Shown here: one piece after another, positions 23,493 through 36,825 of the stretch
Layout of the letters: each line of letters opens with the position of its first letter
Position numbering within the stretch: position 1 is the first letter of the stretch
NCBI RefSeq assembly: GCF_001194135.2
Contig: NC_068990.1
Span: 470,992 to 534,991, forward strand
Source of the DNA: Octopus bimaculoides
Taxonomy: Eukaryota
Length of the DNA stretch: 64,000 nucleotides
Direction: 5' to 3'
The notes under the pieces: generated by a model
Database searches by the model: none
What the model saw: only the letters and a program-made list of their open reading frames with translations
Told to the model about the DNA's origin: nothing
Position numbers and translations under genes: made by a program

Positions 23493-25677
23493 TCATGCAA
23501 GTTGCCTTGGCAACCTCACCAGTGCTGATGGTATACACTGCAATGTGGTCAGCATTAGGAAGGATATTCAACCATAGAAACCATGACAAAGCTGACACTG
23601 GAACTCGGTCCAGCTCTGCAGATCACTGAATCCTGTAAAACGGTCCAACTCATGACAGCATGGAAAAAGACGATGATGACAACGATGATGATGATGATGA
23701 TGATGATGATGATAATGATATTTCAAACTTGCAGATAATTTGTCTCTCCTTTCTGACAATAATACTTCATGGACTGTAAAGTCCATGTAGCATTGCCATA
23801 CAACCTTTCTCATCTGCAAGATTTCAGTTACATAACATACCTCATCTTTAAGATGACTTCATGTTCCACAATCATCTGTAGTACTTCAGTCTCCAGTCAT
23901 GCAACAATATATCACAGATTAGAAACCTACAGAAATTATTATTATCACAGTTACTAATTCTGGCCTAGATTTTATTCCTTAAAGTGTAGTTAGTAGAAGA
24001 ATAAAAGCATTTTTTTTTGTTTTTGTTTTGTATGAATGAATTTTATTGCAAGCAAAAACAGTTCTCTATATTGATTGACTATGTGCTTGACATTGGAAAT
24101 ATACCAAAACAATAGTAGTATCTTTGAATTATTGCTCCGTTATGGAAAGATATTCTACCATGTGTGTAGACAAGTGTGTGAGAAAAGATGGTAGCAGCTA
24201 TTGAAAAAGAAGGGTGGTGTTTCAATGTTATTAGATTAAAAGGTGATTGAAACAAATAACAAATTTGTTATTTGTTTCAATTAAGTAGATGTGACAGACA
24301 AGAAAAAGATGCAAGTGAATCAGCCAACAGAGGTGAGTGAGCAAAACAACCAACAAGAGGGGAGCAAGTGAGACAGCCAACAGAGGTGAGTGAGCAGAGG
24401 GGAGCAAGTGAGACAGCCAGTGACCAAGAGACAGACAAACAGATGTAAGACAGACAACAGAAGCTACTGAGATAAATAATGAAAGAAAAAGAAGGCAAAA
24501 ACTGTAAAAGAGATCTAATACCCGTCCAGCCTAGCCCATTAGGGAAAACAGACAAAACGATGATAATGATGTTTTCTTAATGACTAAGAACAAATGAAGG
24601 AAGGACTCAGTATATGATGTAAATAACTGCTTAGATTATCATCTAAAAATGATGCATCAAGTTATGTCCCATAACATTAGAAATAGACATCCATAGAACA
24701 AGTACCAGTGTGCAATATATATTGAGGGTTTATAGGGCAGGGGGTAAGGGTAAAGACTCCCTTCAGTCATAAATGACTATGGGAATGCACCTAGAAAATT
24801 ACCCTCCAAAGTACAAGTCTGGGCAAGGTTATTTATAGAAGACAAGCCCCCCCCCCTTCTCCATGCCACTGAGGCTGTCCAAGGCAAAGGCTGATACAGC
24901 TTGACACCAGTGCTGTTGCAACTCATTTCTGAGTGAACAGGAGCAATGCAAAATAAAGTGTCTTGCTCAAGAACACAACACACAGCCCTGTGCCCAATGC
25001 TCTAACCACTGAGTCATGCACCTTCACACTGGGGGTTAACAGGATTGGCTAAAACCTATAAAGGCAGTGCAGTAGCATGGCTACATCCAGTGAAATCAAT
25101 GTTATGCAATGACAATTTTATTTATTCCATAGATAACTGGTTAAATAGAAGAAAATAACAGGCCAATTGGGAGTTTCAATATGAAACCTTAATCATTGAA
25201 AAAGTTCAGACATTCACTGCCCTAGATCCCACTCTTTATACACCAGGTCTTCGGGAAGAAGAAAAAAACTGTTGTAAATGGACAGTCATGGTTGGACCGT
25301 CTGAGATCGAGATCGATGAACACGGACCAACTTGGAGTCAAACAAGCAACAGAGTACTCCCAGTTTGCTTCATCCTTCAAACAATGGGCAATCAATTCTT
25401 TTAACATCGTAGAGAAGTAGAATTGGGAGTTGGGATCTATCTACACTCTCTGTCCTTTCTGGAAGTAATCAGAAATTAAAAATACTGAGTATTTTTAATC
25501 TTCTAAGGGCTTCATTTTTCGGTGTCTCTACAAATTCATTTCATATCATACTACATACTATCATAACAAATCATATTTCATTTGAGACCAAACCTCAAAA
25601 ACAGTCAAAAGTTATTTTGATACTATCTATAGTCATACAACCTTCTTCTTCACCCTTCATGTTACACTAACCTACAT

Positions 25678-25699
<22 letters not shown>

Positions 25700-25712
<13 letters not shown>

Positions 25713-26300
25713 GATACCATAGGTAGTAATTTGTTGGAATAAAACCATTTGGAACGCACTATGTTTATTATGAAAAATATGCTAAAATATGATAAATCCT
25801 GAGCAACCATTCAACTATTTTCTTTTAGCTTCAGTATCAAAGTTTTCCTTCTAAGCATAGACAAAGCCCATACAAATATTCTTCAGCTATTGATTACAAA
25901 CCGAAACATCGCATGTACATTAACCTGTTAATTTATGGTGCCTAAGACACAAACTCATTAGTTAGAGACCGTGTCATTAAAGTGACCATGCATGCAGAAT
26001 TGTGTCTGCATTTAAGAGCTGAGTTGTCCTCACAATGGTCACATGCTGTTTATGTGAAGGAGTCCACAATTTATTGATTTCAAACCGAAATATCGCATGG
26101 AAGCATGTTTTCAAGTGCTTCTTGCCAAGTCTTTTTTTTCATGTAGATTTCTCTCGTGGTACTGTTGAGCATACTCACAGGCTTAATTTATCACATAGGT
26201 GTAGTTCCTACGTCTGCTGATTGTTCAGCGTGGTAGCAGCAGCACCGACAGCACTCTCAGTATGTCCCCTGAGAGATTTTTGGTGTGTTCAAAAATCATA
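25700..26300 (-). mobile_element. Old, highly degenerate RTE-like RT fragment
   Basis: Minus-strand translation with many stops (LGKKHLKTCFHAIFRFEINKLWTPSHKQHVTIVRTTQLLNADTILHAWSL...ENFDTEAKRK) loosely follows the RTE RT C-terminal pattern. Confidence 0.45.
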
Positions 26301-26654
26301 CCCCAACCCCCGCCACTTTTCCATGACAAGGTTAGGGCCTAGAATCTTCCAAATAGACACATGACATGTCACTTAGTCAAATTATCCCATCATTTACTCC
26401 ACAAATGTTTTGTTGTCAATGCTGCCCTTCCCTGTATCACGTTTCAACTTAACTGTACCATACATACAAACTAGGCCTTTTAAATCCTGAACAACACCTG
26501 GTATGTCAGCTAGTATATGTATATATGACAGGCTTCTTTCAGTTTCTATCACGTGTGTGTGTAAGTGTATATATATGTACATGTGCAACAGAATGCTAGT
26601 GTGTTGAGAGAAAGGTTAGGCATAAAAGGAATTAAACGTAGTGCACAAGATAGA

Positions 26655-27160
26655 AGACTGTCCTGGTTTGGTCATATGATGTGGATGGATGCTGACAGCT
26701 CTGTAAAGAAGTGCAGATAACTCAAAGTAGATTGAATTTGTGGGAGGAGACCCTGGAAGACATAGGACGAAGTACAGAAGAATGATCTCAGGACATTGGC
26801 CCTTAAGGAGGAGATGACAAAGGACTGAGACCCATCCTCCACAGCAGAAGGTTCAATACCACTTCCCCTGCTGAAGAGGATTGGCCTACAAGAGCCCTCT
26901 GCTGGTGCCACATACAAAGCACCCATGCCACTGACAAGTAAGTGCACCTGTGCCAGCAGCACATAAAAGTGCCCCATGCTGGTGTCATGTAAAAATATCC
27001 AGCACACACTGTAAAGTGGTTGATGTTAGGAAGGCATCCAGCCATAGAAACCAAGCCAAAGCAGACTTGAACTTGGTGCAGTTCTCTGGTTTGTCAGCTC
27101 TGCTCAAACCGTCCAACCCATGCCAGCATGAAAAACAAACATTAAAGGATGATGATGATT
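26655..27160 (+). mobile_element. RTE-clade LINE 3' fragment with tail
   Basis: FGHMMWMDADSSVKKC...GGRPWKT*DEVQKNDLRTL is followed by the shared 3' UTR ending gatgatgatgat. Confidence 0.75.
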
Positions 27161-28405
27161 AATATATATTGTGTACCAAATCCACTCACAATGCTTTGGT
27201 CAGCCCAGGGCTATAGTAAAAGACACAGGAAGCTTCTTTACCACACAGCCACATACATATTTGTAAAAGTAACAGTCTCTGATACTTCAGCTCTCTCAAT
27301 TTATAAAAATCTTTTAACTTTGTAAAAAGTACAATAAAACTTCCTAAAATTTCAATGAGAGAAATGTAGGCAACGGAATGGAGACCAACATAATGGGAAA
27401 AGGCAAAGAAAGAGGGAGAAATAATAAAAAAAAAAAGCACTAAACAGATCTCATTTCATAAACACCAATCTCAGTGAAAATTTCAACATGATACACATAT
27501 TAATCATTTGCTGAAAAATAAATAAGTAGAACAATTTCTAAATAAAAAAAAGAGCAGAGTCAATATCACAACCATTCCAAAGAAGTTAAGATCAGCATAA
27601 TGAACATGTTTTCCTTCTAGATTCATTTTGGGTGTGGTTAAATATTTTACAAATGTCTGGGGTGAAGTTTAATCTGTTGCTAGGTTTAATACCACCCCCA
27701 ACACCCCTGGTCCTCCATGCTTTCAGTTGGGTCTACTCTGATCAGCATTCAACCTGAAGATTCTTTCTTTCTCGCTGACCATCAAGTCTCAAGGACATTT
27801 AAACTGGACACGAGCACCATTCTTCCTCCTCTGAGTGAGTCATTGCAAAAAAAAATAAAAATAAATAAATTTCAACAAGATTCTCTTCTCTCAATAGTAA
27901 CAACAATGACCTACTAAAAATAGCAGCCAAATCTCCTTCAGATCAACTCACTATACAATCTTGAAATAAAAAGGATACACTGAACAACATAGTCCCAGGT
28001 ACACGATACTAGACAGAATGATCATAGCAAAAGAGCCTTTAACTGCAGGCTTGCTAAGTCAAGGCTGACCAGGGGTTAAACAACAAGGAAGGGCACATTT
28101 CACAAGGCAGTCCAAGAAAACCATGTGGTCATGGTTGGAATGTCAGAGGATAAGTTTACTCAATCAGAGTTGCCCTGGGTTAAACAACAACCTCTTGAGA
28201 AGATCTTTTCACTGAAGAATCTTGAACAGACTTCATTCCTTCTCCACAATTTTTCTTCTTCTCTGAAGGACATTGGTTGGATTATTAGTTGCACTGATCT
28301 TAACATTTTGGGAGGGTCTACAAAAGTCATGGCCACTGAACAAGTTCAAAGCGGTTTGATGGACACTGACATGACAGAAAATAAAAATCTGTCTCCAAGA
28401 GTGTA

Positions 28406-28563
28406 AGCATGGGTGTGTGGCAAAAAGTTTACTTCCCAACCACATGGCTCTGGGATTAGCCCCACTGTGTGGAATTTGGGGCAAGTGTCTTCTACTATAG
28501 CCTTGGTCTGGCCAAAGTCTGGTGAATGGATTTAGTAGTTGGAAACTGAAAGAAGCCTGTCAT

Positions 28564-28597
<34 letters not shown>

Positions 28598-28821
28598 CAA
28601 TGTGCATGTGTCTGTGTTTGTTCCCCCACCACTGCTTGACAACCGGTGTTGGTGCGTTTGTGTCCCCATAACATAGTAGTTCAGCAAAAGAGATAGAATA
28701 AGTACTACTTATTAAAAAAAAAATAAAAGTAGTACTGGGGTCAATTCATTCGACAACAAAATTCAAGGCGATGCCCCAGCATGGCCACAGTCTAGTGACT
28801 GAAATAAGTAAAAGACAAAAG
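28406..28821 (+). mobile_element. SINE type 1 copy
   Basis: Colinear with 63311-63680. Confidence 0.85.
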
Positions 28822-28833
28822 ATAGATACTCGT

Positions 28834-29202
28834 TTACTTGTTTCAGTCATTTGACTGCGGCCATGCTAGAGCACTGCCTTTAGTCGAACAAATCGACCCC
28901 AGGACTTATTTTTGTAAGCTTAGTATTTTTTTCTATCGGTCTCTTTTGCCAAACCGCTAAGTTACAGGGACGTAAACACACCAGTATCGGTTGTCAAGTG
29001 ATGTTGGGGGGGGGACAAACACACAAACATACATATATATATATATACACGACGGGCTTCTTTCAGTTTCCGTCTACCAAATCCACTCACAAGGCTTTGG
29101 TCGGCCCGACGCTATAGTAGAAGACACTTGCCCAAGGTGCCACGCAGTGGGACTGAACCCAGAACCATGTGGTTGGTAAGCAAGCTACTTACCACACAGC
29201 CA
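28834..29202 (-). mobile_element. SINE type 1 copy (young-looking, CpGs retained)
   Basis: Near reverse complement of 63311-63680. Confidence 0.88.
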
Positions 29203-29249
29203 TTCATATATATATATATATATATACATACACACACACACACACATAC

Positions 29250-29460
29250 ATGTGTGTGTGTCCATGTTTGTCTCTCCTTGTCTTGACATTGCATGATAGT
29301 TGTAAATGAGTGTCACTGTCATACAAGCAGTGTCATTCATTTCCAATATTCTGCAAAAACATGTCTGGCCATGGGAGAAATATTAGCCTGCTTGGAAACA
29401 GGTGAGGGTTGGTGACAGGAAGGGCATCCAGCCATAGAAAGAAATCTGCCTCAACAAGGA
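29250..29460 (+). mobile_element. SINE body type 4; other copies at ~53450-53650, 35520-35770, 38520-38700, 57750-57910
   Basis: Shared CCTTGTCTTGACAT..TGAT.GTTGTAAA...GGAAACAGGTGAGGGTTG..GACAGGAAGGG. In other copies it follows the type 1 head plus microsatellite. Confidence 0.65.
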
Positions 29461-30399
29461 TTCGACAGGTCCTCCTCATCTGACATTAAAGTTTTTTGTT
29501 TTCACTGCAGCTTCCTTGGCAACCCCTACATCTGACTCTCTCTCTCACATGCATTCCTTTGACCCAGGGAGGCCGGGGCAAAAGAAAACCTTTGATAAAT
29601 GTGCAAGGACAACCAGTATACCTTATATATATATATATATAAGGTATGTATCAATGTGTGTGTGCCTTTGTGCATTCATTCGTCGTCGCCCCCCCCCCAC
29701 ACACACACACACTGACTGACAACCAGTGTTGGTGTGTTAACGTCCCCGTAACTTAGCAGTTCAGCAAAAGAAACGATCGAATAAATACCAGGCTTTACAA
29801 AAGAAAAAAAAAAAGAACTGAGGTTGATTCATTCGACTAAAATTCTTCAAGGTAGTGCCCCAGCATGGCCGCTGTCTTATGAATGAAACAAGTAAAAGAA
29901 TTTTAAAAAAACAAACAAAAGAATTATTTTCGAAACTAATTGAAACAGCCTGGGTGTTTCATTAGAAATGATACAACGAAAGTGTCGAATCATCCATGGA
30001 TGGGATTACCATTGTCTTACGTTTGACCACCAATCACAGGTCCACAGAGATTACTCACTCTTATTATAGGGACAGATGAATATCTTCCAATAAGTTGGGA
30101 TAGCATTGCATTTCATATGTTAAGCATATTGTCCAAGGATGCAGTGGATTTGTTGACAGTCATTTCATAACTGCAACGTTGCCATGACTACCACAACTCT
30201 TAGCTACCATGACTACTATAATGAAAGAGAGGAGAAGAAAATATATGGTCTGAGAATGGGATGGGATGGTCAAACTTGGAATGTCTTCAGTCATAAAGTC
30301 AGCTCAATAAGGTGAAAACTGGAGCTAATCCTTTCTATACCACCACCACAGACCCATCATCATTGTCACTGTGAACCAATGGGGAAGGTCTCTACATAG

Positions 30400-30600
30400 T
30401 CACTTGATATATTAGAAATAGCAGCCAAATCTCCCTTATATTTTTGCACTAAAGTCTTAAAAACAAAAGAAGTAAAAAAAGACATCGAATAATATTCACT
30501 AGGATACACTACATGAATCAGTTAAGGTGGTCATAGGTAGAATGTCTGATTATAAGTCAGCCCAGTCAGGACCGACGAGAGCAGGGGTTATCAATCCAAT
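30400..30600 (+). repeat. Unclassified dispersed repeat (AGAAATAGCAGCCAAATCTCC family); copies at ~1300-1560(-), 2660-2830(+), 6040-6200(-), 15890-16030(-), 27915-28085(+), 48920-49040(-), 56060-56160(+), 59185-59290(+)
   Basis: Recurrent motifs AGAAATARCAGCYAAATC, ATAATGTAGTC and TCAAGGCTGACC..GGGTTAAACAACAA. Confidence 0.7.
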
Positions 30601-31067
30601 TTTTATTTTATATATAGACCTCTGTGATTGCTATTTTATTCTGGTCCATCCCCACCACCACTATAGTCACTCAATGTTGAAAACCTAGTTTCATAGAAAT
30701 TCTTTTCTAAACGCCTATTTTGTTTTTCATGCATTAACTTGTGTAGATTGAATTGTGTGGAATGCTAGAGAAACCAAGCTGTTTCTTGCAATACATACAT
30801 CTAAACCCTTTTTTTTTTCAGGGGTCCTGAAAATCCTATTGTGAATCCCCAACTTACTATTTTATTGAGTGGACCTCCAAAAATCTTATATTGACCCTCA
30901 GGGGCCATATTGACCCCATTTGAGAACCACTAGAGGCTATGCAAGAAGTACACTTGGTCACCATAACAAGCTCTCCTCCACTAATATTACCCTAATTTGC
31001 AGAAGCAATTTTATAGGAACGACATATTTGATAGCGTATCTAAAGATACATACATGTGATCACCAGG

Positions 31068-31117
<50 letters not shown>

Positions 31118-33769
31118 GTTCAATACAATGAAAAGCATGCGTATATGTAAATACATGAATGTCCCAACATGGACACAAATAAGATAGCTGAAACCAATAA
31201 GTGCATGAGCATGTTGTATTGTGTCGATGTCTATATAGTGTCTATTAGTGTTCTTTATCATACATTTAGATAATGCGTGTGTGTAATATGTGAACACGCA
31301 CACGCACATAACTAACTACATTCTAAATAACAATTTCAAACATTCAGCTATTATTCACTTTCAAATTCCATGACATCACTCGACAGTAGACCACATCATG
31401 CAATACCACCATCAACAAGTCTGCCACTCCTACAACATCCGCGTCACACCACCACCACCTTCATTACCGTCATACCGAACAGAAAAATGCTGAAAATATA
31501 TAGCAGCATCACAGTGTTTACGGAGNNNNNNNNNNNNNNNNNNNNNNNNNNNNNNNNNNNNNNNNNNNNNNNNNNNNNNNNNNNNNNNNNNNNNNNNNNN
31601 NNNNNNNNNNNNNNNNNNNNNNNNNNNNNNNNNNNNNNNNNNNNNNNNNNNNNNNNNNNNNNNNNNNNNNNNNNNNNNNNNNNNNNNNNNNNNNNNNNNN
31701 NNNNNNNNNNNNNNNNNNNNNNNNNNNNNNNNNNNNNNNNNNNNNNNNNNNNNNNNNNNNNNNNNNNNNNNNNNNNNNNNNNNNNNNNNNNNNNNNNNNN
31801 NNNNNNNNNNNNNNNNNNNNNNNNNNNNNNNNNNNNNNNNNNNNNNNNNNNNNNNNNNNNNNNNNNNNNNNNNNNNNNNNNNNNNNNNNNNNNNNNNNNN
31901 NNNNNNNNNNNNNNNNNNNNNNNNNNNNNNNNNNNNNNNNNNNNNNNNNNNNNNNNNNNNNNNNNNNNNNNNNNNNNNNNNNNNNNNNNNNNNNNNNNNN
32001 NNNNNNNNNNNNNNNNNNNNNNNNNNGTGTGTGTGTGTGTGTGTGTGAGAGTAAGCAATCAGAATGATTCGCTCATGTGTATATTTCTCGTATGACAACA
32101 GACACTAAGGCAATCATGTTTCTTCCACTCTGCCTGGCAAGCAGGAATGAAAATAGTTGTTATAGTAACAGTAGCACCAACAGCAATAGCAGACAAGTCG
32201 AGCTTTCAGGTGTAGTAGGGAGAACTGCATGGATGCAGATAGTGAAGGGAGTCGAGGTGGGCAAGCGAAAAGACTACGATCGGTTAGGATAGGAGACCTA
32301 GCCTATTTGGGTTAAGGTTACATAATAGCCGTGTAAAAGGGGCAGGCGTGACATTCGAGAGAAACTGAGTGTAAATTTCAATTTGCATGTTTCATACACA
32401 GAATTTACACAATACAATAATAAAAAAAAAGAAAGAAACCTTTATCACTATGTCTACACAGACCCACACGGAGCAGTAATTGAGTTTCTGTCGATTTCAG
32501 TGATGAGTATCCCAGTCATTTGAACAACTGCACTACCTATTCATTGAAGTATTGAATAAGAAAATAACTGGCTGAATATTCCATAGACAGGGAGTGTAGA
32601 AATCTTCAGGTAGAAACAACATGACCTTCTCAATTACTAGTAGCGCCCATCCAATGGACTTCCATACAGTTTTGTGTCTACTCAATATAACCCACAAGAG
32701 AGAAGTCGAACCCTCAAAGTCCCATGGCTCTGGCCTAAGGTGCTGCTCCAAGAAAATATCCTTTGATTATCGAAACCTTATGAGTGAAATTTAGAAGACT
32801 GATGCTTTGCTCCTGTTTTCTAAAGTGATGGATTTAAATGTCATGGGGATGACATAAAATGGTCCTTGGGTACAGAACTCAGAGGAGGCCTGCCACTCAA
32901 TATGCACCACAGAGGCATGATCCATGGAGTGGTCATGAAAACCAGTCCAACTGCTTGAGGGGTTAAGCAGGCTATATGCCTCAAAGGTAAGTGTGGGAGA
33001 ACAAGAGACCAACAAAGTTAACTGTAGATAAACCATCAGAATGCAATGGGAAAGTGCTGCTATATCTTTCTCAAGAAAATTCCGGAATCTGATGACTGAT
33101 GCCTGAAGGCATGGGACATGAAGTGAGGGAAAGAATAGATTAATCATTGATTTAACACCTCCACCACCTGGCTCTTAGGTACCTTCAGAGAAGTTTGTTC
33201 AGTTGCAAGAATTTGAGCCAAATCACAAGTCTGAAGACAAATTCCTTTTCTTTCAACAGTTTTAAAGGATCCCCAGCTAATTAAATTATGAACAAAAAAA
33301 TGTTGTCATACATGTGTTGGGTAGTATTTTCTATTAATATACAACAAAAAAAACAACATATATATACTCAAATATACACATATACATATATGCTTAAACA
33401 TAAAATGTTTTCACACACATAAATACATAGATAACATACAAACACACACATAATATACACATAACATACACACCTATACACACACACAATATGAAATCGA
33501 ATGAACTAAGCTAAAACAGAACACACGTTACTTCCTGAAGTGTCAAGCACTTTTATTTTGTCTTAAAAACCCTTCTTCTTACCAACAACGAAACACACAA
33601 GAATATGAGTATACACACAAATATTAGCATACAGCTATCCACACATACATATACATGCAGCACACAATATACAATCTGAAGCAACTGTGCACACACATAC
33701 ACATATGGAATAGCTCTCGGTAACGAAAAGAAATATGACTTTGACACTACATTGTACTTTTAGACAAAA

Positions 33770-33857
<88 letters not shown>

Positions 33858-34643
33858 GTATGTGTGTGTGTGTATGTATGTATATATATGTGTGTATGTA
33901 TGTATGTATGTATCAATTACAGAATTTAATAGAGAAAGCCAAAGTCAAGTAAGACTGAACACTGGTCATGAATCTTTCTCGGCAGGCATTATACAGGCAG
34001 AAGGAAACAAAAATGAACTGATGGAAAATAGCTGAAACTGAAAATTGAAACTGTCACAGAGAAAATGTATGCTAATAGATTAATTACCCTCCTCCCCATG
34101 GTCTACAACACTCATTCCTGCCTGGATCTTAATATAGATGGCATCTGAATTATTGAATTTCTAAAGAAGTGTATTTTTCCCCTGCCAACAAATAGATATT
34201 TCTGAATACATTTACTCAGTGAATTGTTTAACAAAGTTTGCTAAAGTCAGTTACAGATGTGGCTGTGTGGTTAAAAAGTCTGCTATGTAAATTATGTGCT
34301 TCCAGGGGTTCAATCCCACCTTGTATAGCATTTTGGGCAACTGTCTTCTAAAGCCTTATTATAAAAAAATTTCTTAACCTCTTAGTGTTCAGATCACTCT
34401 ATAAATGTAATGCTTATTTATTCAAATTGTTTTGAATTTATTATGAATTATCTCTTAGCTTCAAGATTTTGATGGTGTGGTTAATTACTTTTACAATGAC
34501 ATTCTAGGATAGGTGCAAGAGGCCAGATCTGGCCAGTCTGAATGAAAAACAGGTGAAATATTTGAGCTGGACACGTCCGGTTTAAATGCTACAGGGTTAA
34601 ATGAAAACTAGGGATAACTGTCAGGTAAGTTGTTTTTAGTTTA

Positions 34644-35092
34644 CCATATTTTCTGGCATATATGTCAATTCTTCGTATATAGTGGAAACATTCAAACATC
34701 GTCATCATCCATCATTACCATCATTTGATGTCCATTGCCCATGCTGGCATGAGTTGGGCAGTTTGACCAGGGCTGGCAAGCTGGGAGGGGGGCTGCACCA
34801 GACTCCATTCTGATTTGGCATGGCTTCTACAGCTGGACACCCTTCCTAATGCCAACCACTTTACAGAGTGTGCTGGGTGTTTTTTACATGGCACCACATA
34901 GGTGCTGTTATGTGGCACCCCATGGATGTTTTCATGTGGTATCACACGGACACTTTTACATAACACCACATGTCTTTGTAAATCCTGCTGCATTTCACAT
35001 GGATTCTGAGGTCTTGGTGTAAAAGTTGATCTAACTTTTATGGGCTGTAAATTTGGGTCTGAAAAATTCAACTTATATGCCAGAAAATACAG
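34644..35092. mobile_element. Tc1/mariner(pogo)-type MITE containing an inserted RTE-tail repeat (~34700-34900)
   Basis: TIRs (TA)CCATATTTTCTGGCATATATGTCAA / TCAACTTATATGCCAGAAAATACAG(TG). Confidence 0.62.
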
Positions 35093-35252
35093 TGGGATGT
35101 TTTTTTTTAGTCAAGCACACAGTTGCATGCAACTAGGAATAAGAACTACGTGGATTAAGGACCTGTCTTCCTTTTAACCAGTCTTGGAATTCCTTTCAGG
35201 TCCATCAAAACTGGCAGGAGCAAGGGAGGACCTTAATATGTGTGTGTGTGTT

Positions 35253-35307
<55 letters not shown>

Positions 35308-35450
35308 TGGCTGTGTGGTTTTGAAGTTCACTTTGCAACCACATTTTCAGGTTCAATCCTACTATGCGGCACTTTGCATAAGTGTCTTCTAGCTCTGGGT
35401 TAACTAAAGCCTAGTGACAGGATTTGGCAGAGAAACTGCAGGAAGTCCAT

Positions 35451-35491
<41 letters not shown>

Positions 35492-35854
35492 GCGCGCGTG
35501 CGCACACGTGAATGAGAAGAAATGTTGATATGCCATGCTTGTTTACCACTTGAATGAAATGGTGGTACGGTTTACATTCCTTGTTGACAATGTGACCAGT
35601 TGCTCTTTGCTTTTGAAGACCCCTGTAATACACACAAAACAAAATCCTTCACATAATAATCCTTTTTACTATAAACAGAACCTGACACTAGCAAAAGCAT
35701 CCAGCTGTAAAATCCTGTCTCAAGTAAGTTCCTGTCCAAACCCATACTAGCATAGAAAAACAGATATTAAATGAACAAACCAATATAAAGGAGAGACTTA
35801 AGAAGTCAGAAACATGTAGAAACTAATTCAGAGTGTCATCTCTCATGTACTTAA

Positions 35855-35948
<94 letters not shown>

Positions 35949-35979
35949 ATATAGTTCAAATTTACAGAAAGCAAAATAT

Positions 35980-36825
35980 GAAGACAGGTGAAGGGATTAG
36001 TGGAAGGCAAGAGCGACAACAATCTCGGAGAGACTCTGGGCACTGAGAAGGCAACTATGGACAATTTCCAGAAATATCTAGCCTGGCAGTGCTACCGGGT
36101 GGCGATGCCAGTTCGTGATAAGCTCTACATGAATGGATGTGCAGTCAGACGGTCTTGTCCGAAGTGCATGCAGAGAGGGGAAACCATTCTGCATGCACTA
36201 GTACAGTGTCTGTTCATTGCTGACTCATGGAGCTTTGTCGAACAGTTATTGTCATTTGTAGGACAAATCTGGCTATTGCCAGAGTCCGTTGAGAAGATTG
36301 CCCCGCCTCCTTCTTTTGACCGGGAAGGAAAGGCAGTTTTTCTCTGTCTGGTGGCTATGATGAAAGAGGTTGCATGGTGGATGCAATGGAAAGGGTTGAA
36401 GATGGGCACCTTCCTCTATGGCCAAGGCCTCATTGACTTTTTCAGGTTCAACCTAAAATGGAAGGTGAGACTGGAGAGGGAGGTGCTGTCACCCAGTAAG
36501 TTTGTCGAAAGGTGGGTGAATATAGTGAGGATGGCCCATGTGAATTGACCTACTCTAAGTGTGCACCTGCAGGCTGGATGGAGTGAGGAGGAGAGAGGTG
36601 CCTACTTGAGGTGCCTTGGTGTTTAGGGGCCCAAATTGGGTGAGGTTGCTTTGGCCACCTCGTCATAGATCTCCCCCTTATTGGGGAATTATATATTGTT
36701 AATTGTTAATTATTGTGTTTTGCTGTTTACACGTTAACCTCATTGTCCCTCATTTGTGTATCGTCCGTTCTGTTTTGTGTTCAGCCCTGGTGGCCAATAA
36801 AGAAAGAATTATTATTATTATTATT
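35980..36825 (+). mobile_element. 5'-truncated Tx1/L1-clade LINE (ORF2 C-terminal zinc-binding zf-RVT-like region plus 3' UTR)
   Basis: ORF 35988-36548 contains LAWQCYRVAMPVRDKLYMNG...SCPKCMQRGETILHALVQC, a CxxC...HxxxxC motif typical of L1/Tx1 ORF2 C-termini. AATAAA lies at 36796 and is followed by an (ATT)n tail at 36808-36825. Confidence 0.85.

Noticed and set aside
32495-32580. Box C/D snoRNA (GTGATGA ... CTGA about 75 nt apart)
   Set aside because: No convincing terminal stem and no guide of 10 nt or more that I can match to rRNA. snoScan would settle it.
32533-33190. Gene at 32.5-33.2 kb
   Set aside because: All frames have multiple stops. It is possibly an old LINE relic, but I could not support a family call.
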